Shown here: positions 36,719 through 48,600 of the stretch, piece after piece
How positions within the stretch are numbered: position 1 is the first letter of the stretch
How the letters are laid out: each line of letters starts with the position of its first letter
DNA from: Cycas panzhihuaensis
Taxonomy: Eukaryota; Plantae; Cycadophyta
NCBI GenBank assembly: GCA_023213395.1
Contig: CM041465.1
Location: 44,027,741-44,091,740 of the forward strand
Direction: 5' to 3'
Length of the DNA: 64,000 nucleotides
The notes under the pieces: generated by a model
Seen by the model: the letters and a program-made list of their open reading frames with translations, nothing else
The model's database searches: none
Told to the model about the DNA's origin: nothing
Position numbers and translations under genes: made by a program

Positions 36719-38344
36719 ATAGGCATAAGGAGGAATAAAATCATTTTTATGGTAAGTGGCATGTCCATAGGGATGGGCTATAAGGCTAAGGTACCCTCGA
36801 AAGAGGGATCTCTAAACATGGAAAATAACTAGTTATCCACTTTAAAAGGCAACTAAATTCCCCTTTAAACCTGAACAAGTATTAAAGCTAAGAGCTTTAG
36901 GTGCCCCCTCCTTGCTTAAGGGAATGAATGCTAACTTAAACTTTCTAACTCTTAAAAAGCACACTTGTCAAAGGATCGTTTCTAGTAGTCTAACCAGGGC
37001 TTGTGTGAATACATGAGTCACTTTAATACACACACCACATAAGTCCACAATATATCACAACAATAACACAACATTATCGTTCATCACAACATCATATATA
37101 ATTCAAAATCAACACATGATACACAAGTTCCATGTAACTTTGATTTTATTAAGCAATATCACTACTTTCATCGTTATAAATAATCATATGGTTTTTTCTC
37201 ACTACAACATGATCAATATTACAATATACTTGGCTTTCACACTAGAGAACATACTATTAGAGGGAATAACTCGACTATCACATTTAAAATAGTGAAAAAT
37301 GATCTATTAGTACCCTTTATGTGCCCAATATTTGCAATTGCCCCTTTTACATAACTTATGCCCTTTCATAATAATCCCATTAAATATTCCTTAATTACAC
37401 TTTTTAATCTATACATATATTTGTCTTTTGTTGATGTCTTGCTTGCATTCCTCTCGTTCTAAGCTATGCATTCCTCGTGTGTTCTTATTATGGAACAAAC
37501 TTGTCATACGTTCCTATATGGAACACACCTTGTCATATGTTCCTCAAGAAGCCTTTTCTAGTAATTTTCACCTAAATAACATATATTCCTCTACTTGGAC
37601 ACTCGTTGGCTATTTTCCTACATTCACCATGCCTTGTTAGATACAAATTGTTATCATTCCATAGCCTAAATGCACAGGTATCAGATTTGAACCTAACATC
37701 TATCTCTGGTCAACAAAAGAGGTTGAACATCCTTGCTAGAAAAGAATTCAAAAGTTTTCAACATTTTGGATTGCCTTTTCCCTCCTCCTTTAATCTAGGG
37801 TTGCCCTTATAGTTCTACACTCACAATTTCATTGGCAATTATTGCATTCTTCTCTCTGAGTTTTTCTTATGGAGTGACAATTTATACCTTATACTCCCTT
37901 TCCATGTCTTTTACCAACTGAATTATTTCTTTCCCATTGCCCTCCAAGGTATGTTTTCGCTGAAAGGACCTCTCTCCTGGTTCATAGTTATGTGGAATGG
38001 TGTCTCCATTTCTCATTCTTCAAGTGATGGCATGGACACAATTTCATTTGGCTTTATTTTTCTACATTTAATGCTTTTTTTTTACCACCCAAATTGAACA
38101 AAGTGGGATAAGGCTACCTAGTTTTTGATGCATCCACTTCACAATCCTCATCATTTCTTTTTTTATTTTTCATTTTATTTCTACATCCTAAATGGTATTG
38201 AGAAATATAGTTACTCATTGTTTCATTGACGGTACTCCTTATCAACTGGGTAGATGTGGGGGTTGGGCATCTAGACATTAATGAAGTAATATAGCCAATA
38301 GAAGTAAGGGGCGTCGAAAGGGATGAATTTAAATATCCATGATT

Positions 38345-38774
38345 TGTTGACTCATGTTGGTGACTAAGAATTCACAATAATTTAGTTGCACTCTATTTTG
38401 AACTGGTGCAAGTACAAGCATCATTCTATTGGGGATATTATAAACTATTAAATATTAAATGTTACAAAATGGAGAACTAACTAAAGCTAGATTAACTATC
38501 AAATATTATAAATTTTTATTTTACATAATTGACACAATCTCAAATTGAAGTTATCTCTTATTAAATTTTAGCATTGCACTATACGTGCATAAATACAAGT
38601 TTGAAAAGGAATCTAAATCCTATCTAATTGACATACATGATGTGAGCGTTGTAACACCTAATAACTCATCACTCACATAATAATAAAATGAATCTAAAAT
38701 CTAATATGATACAAAACCTTAAAGGGTGGCTCATAATCAAAGTCATGAGCCATAAATAAATGTTAATATCAACA
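38345..38774 (-). repeat. 3' LTR of Copia H
   Basis: PPT TTAAGAGGGAT (38785-38775) then TGTTGATA; far end at 38345 or 38355. Confidence 0.65.
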
Positions 38775-41700
38775 ATCCCTCTTAATGTTTATTTCATTTC
38801 TTCTGACACCTAAACCATCTCAAAAAGTCTAGAATCTTTCACATGGCAATGGTTTAGTGAAGATATCAACTAATTGTTCTTTTGTTGGTCTGTACACCAT
38901 CTCAATTATACCTTTTTGAATTAATTCTTGAATAAAATGATAGTGCACTTCAACGTATTTAGCGTGAGCATGGTACACAGGATTTTTCATAATCTTCAAA
39001 GTACTCTGATTGTTACAGTATAAAATAGTTAGTTCCAATTGTGGTAATTCCATGTCCTCTAAAATCTGTCGTAACCAAATGGCTTCAGTAGCTACTATAA
39101 CTATAGCCTTGTACTTTGCTTCAATTGATGATAGAACAATATTTGATTGTTTTTTACTACTCCATGTGATAATAGCTGATTCCAAACTAAAACAATATCT
39201 AAAAGTTGACCTTTTGCTATCTATATATCTAGCCCAATCAGAATATGTAAATCTCGTCAACTCGAAATTATCATTATAATGGAATTTGAGTTCATATTGA
39301 ATTGTTCCTTTCAAGCACATGAGGATTCTTTTTACAGTTTTCCAATGACTATGTTTTGTTGCTATCATAAATATGGACACCTCCAACTACAAAAGATATA
39401 TTAGGTTTGGTAGTAACTAGGTATATTAGACTTCCAACTAGTTGCTTGTACAACGTTGAATTAGCATTTACTCCACCATTTTTCATTGTTAATTGGGAGC
39501 CTATCTCCATAGGGATAAGTGTATGTTTACAATCTTCTATTTTGAATTTCTTCAAAGTTTTCCAAGTGTACTTCGACTGTGAGATGAAGACATGTTTAGG
39601 CCTTTGACATACTTCCACACCAAGAAAGTAATGTAAAATTCCTAGATTCGTCATCTCAAAGAGATGACTAAGATATGTTTTTAAGTTTGATATCATATCA
39701 ATATCATTACCTGTGATAGTATATCATCAACATACAACACCACAAACATGATATTATCATTTTCTTCTTTGATGTATAGATTTGAGTCAACTAGAAATCT
39801 CTCAAATCCATTTTTTAGAAAGTATTGATCAATCTTTTTATATTAGATTCTAGGATCCTATTTCAGGCTGTACAAAGTCTTTATGAGTTAGTATACCAAG
39901 TGCTCTTGACCTTTTTCAACAAAGCCAAGTGGTTGCTCCATGTAGATTTCTTCATTTAAACCCCCATTCAAAAATGCGCTCTTCACATCCATCTATTATA
40001 ATTTACAATTGACATGTGCAACTATCACCATAATAAGATGAATGGTATTTGTTTTTGCAACATGAACAAATGTTTCTTAGTAGTCAATCCCTTTTTACTG
40101 TTGGAATAATACATATTTGACTAAGTAATATGCATTTGGCCTAGTAGTGCATTTGACCTTTAATCAGGTAATCCACAAATAATGGGTCTCTCACAAATAT
40201 TATCTTGTACTATATACAGACATCATCTCTTTATCATTTGCACATCACATCACATGAGATCATTTTGTATTATTGTCTTGTTTTGTCAACACAATGAAGG
40301 TATCATTTGATCTAGATATTTTCTATGATGTTTGTGTTATGTTATTTTATTATTCAATTTAATATTATATTAGGATGCAAGATTTCAACATGGTATTAGA
40401 GCAATGTGGATCCTAGACAAAGCCAATAAATACTAGTTGCATTTGTTTGGAAGTGGCTCCGTAGAGCTGAAAGCAGTCCCGTTTGACAGTACCACAACAA
40501 AGATTGGTTTGTTATTAAAGAAAGGTCATGTGAAGCTTTTATGCCCGTGTGTATTAGTTGTGGCTATATAAAACCAAATTGTAAGGTACAAAAGACATGA
40601 GTCATAGATACTATCAACCTTAGAAGAAAATTGAATGGATTACTTATTGCATAAATGTTGCATTTTGTTTGTGTAAGGAGACTTTGCTTCATGCATGAAG
40701 TGTGAAGACATAATTATGTTTGCATTTGTGCCCTTTGGAGAATGATTGGTTGCCCTAGTAATTCTAACCTATGCATAGATGATGAATCATGGAGTGAATG
40801 ATGAGGAGTCATACCTACAAATTTAACCTACCTGTGTGGAGCATGTCTTGCACCAAGCTGTGAAGAAACATCCAAGAAACCATGGAGCTTTGAAATAAAC
40901 CCTACATATAGAGACATCCATAAGGTTGAAGTGAAGCTCCAAATTGAAGCCAGAAGAGTAGAATCCTTGCCATCAAGTGGTTGATTTACTGTTTGAAGAT
41001 TTTGCCCAAGAGCCAAAGAAAAATTTCCATCCACGTGATGATCCTATGCTTGTTGCTGGTGGAGAGAACTAAAGAAGCAATTGATCGAAGAAGCATTGAA
41101 AGTTATATAATCTGTCTACATATGAAGTATAGAGTATGCCATGATCATTTGTCATGAAGCACCTATCCTCCATAGCTAGATGAAAAAAGCATCAAGTGAG
41201 ACTTTCATGTTGCAAATCATGTTGATTGACTTAATTCGATTGATACCAGTGACCACCAAAAGTTTTGCGCATAGAGGAGTAGAATCTTTATTATCTTTTC
41301 TTTTCTTCAATTGTTTTAAAAATTGAATTGGATTAGAATTATAATTAAAGTCCATAGAGTCAGTGATCACATAGTGAACACTAGCAACCAAGGGCACTTC
41401 GTAGATTTTTTACCATAGTTGTTTCAAATTTGCTAGCCGCTTGGAGAGCTAGCCTCTTGGTCATATGAGCATTGATACAATCATGTGGCAAAGGTGTTAA
41501 AGGGGTTAAAGGTCCAAATCAAATTTTTATAATTTTCTCAAAAAGATACCTATATGTTTCTCTTTATAACATTACAATTGTAAGTTCATTTCTCGAGTCA
41601 TTTGAACTATTGGAATTCTAACTCAGAGTGCTTCAGTTAAATTTATAGCTTGAGGCAATTTGATCCTATTTGCCTAGAGAAAATTCAATTTAAAGATGAA

Positions 41701-43971
41701 GCATTATGGGGTTGGTCACATTAACCGAGGGAAATTGCTTAAAGCTTGTTTTGATTTCTTATAAGATATGGAATATTATTTCTAAAGGATTTAACTATGT
41801 GTACAACATTGCTTCAAAAATAAAGAAAAACTTCTACCAAGGAGGTTGCAAAAATACTTGTTTAGATACTCATATTCAAGATGATCAAGGTATAGGTGAA
41901 ATTGTTGCATTTATTACTATCCTAACTTCACAAGTTTAAAACAATGAGAATTGGTTTATAAATTTAGATGTATCAAATCACATGATATGAAGAAAGGCTT
42001 GGTTTGAAAATCTTCAACCATACTCTCTCAATAAATCAATAGAACTAGGAGATAGTTTTCCTCTATGCATCAAAGGCAAAGGAACTATAGCTATAAAAAT
42101 AAATAATGAAATCAAGAAAATTGGAAATGACTTGTATGCTCTTGGCTTGAAGAAGAATCTCCTCTCTGTATATCAATTGAGAATGAAAAACCTTCACACT
42201 ATATTTGATGAAGATGATAAATGTTTCATTTATGACATAAAACAAACTGACCTTATAATTGTTAAAGGAACAGAGACTAATAATTTGTATAAATTGATTT
42301 CTACTCTTATTCAACCTTTTTCTGTTTACTTTCTAGCTATTCACAACTCAATCAATGTAATAGGAAGAAATGTAATAGGATCAACTCCTCAAGATGACTT
42401 AGTAGAAAAAATCTCTACTCCTATTCAGTATTTGGCTACTCACAGCTCAAATAATGAATTGTATCATTTACGATATGATCACATTGGAAATACTAGATTA
42501 GAAATGCTTAAAGTTTGAATATGGTAAATGGTCTACCTGATATCTCTTTTAATTCCTTTATTTGTGAAAGTTGCATTTTGGGAAAACATCACAAGTCACC
42601 ATTTCATGAAAGCACTTGGAAATCACAAGATATATTGGAGTTAATTCATAGTGACAAAAATGAGCTAATTACACTAACTTCTATTAATAGAAAAAAATAT
42701 TTTTTCAGCTTTATTGATGATTATACCAAGAAAACTTGGGTTTATTTTATCTTTAGCAAATCAAAAGCATTAGATACTTTGAAAGAATTCAAAGCTAAAG
42801 TTGAATTCAAAAGTAGGCATAAGATCAAAACTCTTAGAACAGATGGAGGAGGAGAATATGTCTCAAATGAATTTTACCATTTCTACCAAATTCATGGAAT
42901 TCGTAGACAACTTACCACTCTTTATACTCCTCAATAAAATGGAGTAGCAAAAAGGATGAATCAAACTATAACTAAGATGGCTATATGCATATTGAAATGA
43001 AAAAAAATGTATTTAACACATATTGGGCCAAAGCTGTTGACATAACTGTCTATCTCATAAATAGGAGTCCAACACAAGTCCTTGAAAAGCTAACTCTAGA
43101 GGAGAGCTAGACATGCAGGAAACTTGATGTAAGTCATCTTAAAGTCTTTGATAGTACAACCTATGTTTACATTCCTACTTAAAAGAGATCCAAGTTAGAT
43201 GACAAAAGCATTAAATGTAATTTTAATGGCGCATAATGAGAAATCCAAGGCCTAGAGGTATATAGATCCAAAAGATAATAAAGTCTATGTTAGCAAAGAT
43301 GTTATGTTTGAAGAAACATCAATAAAAAATGATTAGACACATATTTCCCAAAGTCCAATTCTCTTCAAGGAACCAGTAAAAGAATCTATACTCCAAGAAA
43401 AAGATATCTCTGATAAAAGTGACCAAGAAAATAGAAATCAAGAAGAAGACACTATAAGAGAAGATAACATTTCAACAAAATCTACCTCTAAAAAAGACAA
43501 CAAAAGTTTTTTTAGACAAATTGTTCAAAAGAAGCTCCCAAAGTGGTACCTAAAGATCGTAGAAGAATCAAAAGAAGATGTTTTTGAACAAAAGACAAGA
43601 TCTTAAAGGCATCAAGCCATGATTTGCACTGTAGAAATACAGAATTATGATAAAACTTATAACAATCTTAAATGCAAAAACACAATGGATGCAAAAATGA
43701 AGGTAATATATAGAAATAATACATGGAAACTTATTCCTCCACTAAGGGATAAATTTGTTGTAGGTTATAAATAAGTTTATAAAGTTAAAGAAAAGTTAGA
43801 TGGGAGTGTTGAAAATTTTAAGGCAAGGTTAGTAGCCAAAGGCCATACTCATATTGTAGGAATCAATTATGAGGAAATGTTCTCTCCAGTGGCAAAATTA
43901 ATAACAATCATAATTGTTATTACAATGGTAGTACATTTTGGATGGAAGTTCATTCAACCATATGTGGAAAG

Positions 43972-44570
43972 TGTAGCATTCCTAAAATAAAAAAGGAAGT
44001 CAGTTTTATAAGAGAAATTATTGTCATGAAATTAGTTTTTAAGAGAATTAAAAGAAGAATCATTTATTTTATTTTATTATGAAGTTGGTTTTATAGAGGG
44101 AAATTATGAGTTAGGTTTTGAAGGCTATAAATAAGGAAGCCTTTCCCATTTGCAAAACAAGTCTTAGAGGATTCTATATTGGTAGAATGGCTCTATGCCA
44201 TTAGGGCCTCGTGTTTGTTGGAGAGTCGCTCTAGGCTTGAAGAAGGTTCATCAACTGCTGAATAGTTGGATCAGGTGTTACTATTCTATTATTATTAATT
44301 CGTGATTTACATATGTTGTTGTTATCAATGTGTAAATGATATATATATTTGCTAAATCATGTTTTATGAGGGCTTATAATTGTAATTATATCCTATCTAT
44401 TACAAATGTATGAAATCCACTATGAAATACTATGATGAAACCCATTGAGATTTCTTCCCATTTTTGTTGTGGGATTGGTAGAGGCTAGAATAAGTTAGGA
44501 TATTTTATGCTCTCACTCTTATCTCTCAAATAAGAATCACATTCTAATACGAATTTAAGAATATCAACTT
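43972..44570 (+). repeat. Left inverted arm of K: LTR 43972-44404, filler, antisense integrase fragment
   Basis: Reverse complement aligns with 59681-59814 + 60358-60823. Confidence 0.92.
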
Positions 44571-45666
44571 GGTGGAGGAAGGTTGACACGGATATTTTTT
44601 CCAACCCCTAAGACTCCCTCAAAGTAGGATTAATAGGTTAATATGAAGATTTGTGGAATACAGATTACATTGCCTAGTTAACCAAATTACAATAATCAGG
44701 ACTAGTTTAAACATGCATAGAACAATTCCAAGCCCTCCAATGCCTGGTTACTAATTGAATACTAGTCGAACTCATTATTCAAACGTATATTGGTGGATAT
44801 AAGGGACCCATCAAATACTACATAAAGACAATGGGGGCCACAAATATGAGAGAAACCATCAAGCATGCAAAGAATATTGAAGCAGAGTATAGAGAATCTA
44901 GGCCTAATTACAATCAAAGAAGCGAATTGCCAGCCTACCAGAACTTTAGCTCCGACCCAAATTGGATTAGGTTAGGAACAAAAGTGGATCCCCCACTCAT
45001 GGGAAGAAGCACCAACGAAGTAAGCAGAGTATCAAGAGATGAACATCTTAAGAGAGGTACATGCTTTAAATACAGAGGAAAATGGTATAAAGACCATCAA
45101 TGCCCATCAAGGAAGGTCTTTATGATCCATAATAATGAAGTAACCATCCTAGAAGAAGAGCAAAAAGAAGAAAATATTCAAGAAGAGGATGAGGAGGTCA
45201 AGGTAGAGAAGCTTTTGGATTTAGACATGGAGAATGTGTAGATATCTGTGCAAGCCATCACATGACAGAGTAACTTGCCTCAAATATTACGATGCCAAGG
45301 GATGTTCCAAGTATCACCAGTCTCCATCCTCATTGATAGTAAGAGTAGCCACAATTTCATAAATTAACTTACTATGGAGAAATTGGGTCTACCCATTTAA
45401 GCGCTCAACGCTTTTCAGGTTGCCATTGCAAATGGAAAATCCACGATATATGGAGGTTATTGTCAAAAGGTGAGCTTTCACATCAATGATTATTCAATAA
45501 CCACCTGCATGTTTGCGATGCCAGTGGGAGGAGGCGATGTCATGCTAAGGGTACAATGGCTACAAACATTAGGATATGTAACCACTAATTTCAAAACATG
45601 TTTCATGAGTTTTTCATAGAAGGGACATCGTTATACACTGCAAGCACCCCCTAAACCCCAATGTAG

Positions 45667-48600
45667 TGTTAAACCTTTATGTTTAAATGTTAAGTGATGC
45701 ACTATATAATATTTTATTATTGTACTTTATGAACTTTATATTAGTGTGATTTATCACTTAAAGTGATAAAGTGCACACCCATATTCTTTCTAGTAACATA
45801 ACATTGTAACTTGAGGGTCAATGTACCTTTCATGCATCTTTGCTCACAAAAGAGCCTAAGGGACACTTGTTCCTCATACATTTAGCATACCTTGCATGTT
45901 TGACATTCGTCAAATATGCAGTCTTTCAAAGTCTCTCCTCATACTCTATATATTAAAACCAATTCTCATGTATGTAGATATGAGAGTGTGTAGTATTGTT
46001 ATGTTCTTAGTTTTGTTAATCAAGTATTCTTTCTTATTTGGAGGTTGGATCAATTCCTTCTCCTTCATATTGGTGTCCTCATGCTTGTGATCTTTATGAT
46101 TATGCTTGTTTATAGTGCTCATTTCCATACTAGCTTGAATAGATGCTAATCATCTTCATTCTCATAACAATCTTTCCTCTCTTTTAGATCCCAAAGACCT
46201 TAGGCTTAATGCCCCATTCTCAACATTTTGTATCAAAACCTTGTGAGAGGAGTTTTAATGCTAATTTTCTCATATTTCTGATAAGGTTACAAACCTTTGG
46301 TGACGACCTTTGCTCTATGAAGGTGATCCAAGGCTAAGTTTAGTCATTTTTTGTAGTTGCTCATTATCTTTTGGTTATTTGTAGGCTGGAGAATGATTAT
46401 TTCAAGTTCTATTTTTTTTAAGGCTCATTTCATTGAGTGCAACAACGAAATACCATTAAAATTAGTGTTTTTTAAAATTTTTCTGTAATAAAAAAAAAAA
46501 TTAAGGATTATTGGCAAATCTCGGGAGATTATTCGTTATCTGGCTGTGAATTAGTCTCTTATTCACTCTTCTCAGTTTGCAATTGACATGCAAAGAAAAC
46601 ATCACTGTTCTAGGCAGATTTTTCACTTGAAGGGCAATTTTTTTAAAACAGAAAATGCTTATTTCTTTTTAAACTGGCTAGTTGGACTCATTTTATTGAT
46701 CATTGTAGGTTGCATTAGCTCTTGAGAAGAGTTTTGAGGCTCTAAATTTGGTTTTTAAACCCTCTATTGTGTATGGCTACCATTCAAACAATTTTTAGCC
46801 ATGCGCCCAAATACGACCTTCTCTAATTTCAACCTCATTAAATACTCCACCATTCCTCATGAAACTTCAGAGGAATCTCCACATTAGTGCTCTAACCTTG
46901 TCTACAAAATTTCATCTTGATCGGATCATTATTCATCGAGTTCTATTCGATCGAACACTCGATCTATAACGTTGCCATCGTCCGGATCTTTTTCTCTAGA
47001 AAAATTTCATTTTTAAACTTCATAAATTAAACTTTAGGTTATGAAATTTAGAATATATCATAGAATATTCTATAATTAATAATCTTTAGTTTATAAAGTT
47101 TGTTAGCTTAAGTGATTTTTTATCTTATTTAATCACATTTTAATCAAATTTCAGCTTCTTTTTTATTTTTTGAAGTTCATAAATACGTTAAAAAAAATTG
47201 TAAATGTGTTTTTTTGACTTAAAAAATGAGATTTTAATGATATTTTGTAGTCCAAAATAATAGAAATTACATTGTCAGTGATTGTATAAGGCTCCCTACG
47301 AGGTGACCTTGATGCCCTAGTCATAAAAATAGGCTAAAATTCACTATTTTTTAATAAAATCACTTATTTTTTTATGTTGGTTAGGACTATTTGAAGTCCT
47401 AAGACTTTAGTGGTAATTGTCTACTTAGTACAAAGGGATTGAATTCAATATTAAGTGGTTAGTTTTTGTCATTAAAAATGAACCCTCTTTAGCGTTATAT
47501 TAAGCAAATAATTTCTCATTTTGGACACTTGGCACTTTTTTATGTCTTTAAGTGCTCTTACAAACAATTCATATGTTAAATTTCATGTACTCAATTACTT
47601 CATTTTGAAGCCATTTTTTGAGATATTAATTAGCATTATAAGTAGTAGCATTATACCCTTAAGTAAAATTTAACTAAGTCAACTTAAACTTTAATTTTAT
47701 ATATTTTAAATCTTGTGGGAAAGGCCTAAAAAAGGTTAAAATCTTGCCTCTATAATGTAAAACTTTGTGCATTCCCTATAGGACCAATTGATTATATGGT
47801 CAATGCAAGATAATTGACATTTCTTGGAGTAAAGGGGATTTGAAAATGGTGTTATTAGGGTTAAAAATTCTAAGGAAAGCACGGTACATCTATGCAAATC
47901 AACCTTATTTAGCCTTGTCCTAGATTTAGCTTGGTCAACTGTTAGATCTACTTATAAAGATCAAGGTTAGACCAACTCTTTGTCTAGTCCTCCAACCCCC
48001 ATCACTCTCTTTAGTTGTTAGAACTTTTAGTAAGATTAGGGGTGTTAGTGTGTTAGAAGGTGAAACTTAAGTGACGAAAGCTTTGAGTTTCCAAGTCATA
48101 TGTTAGCTTTAAGACTCTTTAATCAACTTGAACATAATGGTTGCCATCAACACACTTAATGCATGCACAATTAAATTAAATGGTTAAGATAACTATCAAG
48201 AATGGAAGTGATAAACTCAAAATCTATTAATCATGAATGAATTTTGGGGATTTGTTTCTGAAAAAAATCTCAAATCTATACTTGTGGAGAGTCCAATTGA
48301 TAGAGATATTCAACCTGATCCAATTTTAGATGCTGCTTGGGAAGTTGAGGATGAAATTACCTTAGCATTTTTGCATATGATTGTTGATGTGTATATAGAT
48401 CAAAATATTGCATGTGTTAAAACATCAAAAGAAGATTGGGATACTTTATCTTCATTGTATGAAAGGTAAGATGAAGCTCACATCATGATGATCAAAGCAA
48501 AGTTGTATTCTTTGGAATTTGTAAAGTCAATGTCGACATTCTTGTCTATTATCAAAGAGATTTATAATGAGTTAAATACTCTTAGCAAACTAGTTTCTAG

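Larger units (their letters stand above)
33905..36965 (-). repeat. Tandem duplication of a ~309-bp LTR-promoter-like unit; second copy split by element G
   Basis: 33905-34213 matches 34214-34261 + 36724-36965; contains CCTATAAATAT on the minus strand. Confidence 0.88.

Noticed and set aside
30632-37400. A single minus-strand LARD with a PBS-like TGTTATCAAGC at ~32970
   Set aside because: No matching LTR pair or TSD could be established
37420-38100. Coding-like minus-strand stretch (…HNYEPGERSFQRKHTLEGNGKEII…)
   Set aside because: Multiple stops and no recognisable motif; probably a decayed TE accessory ORF
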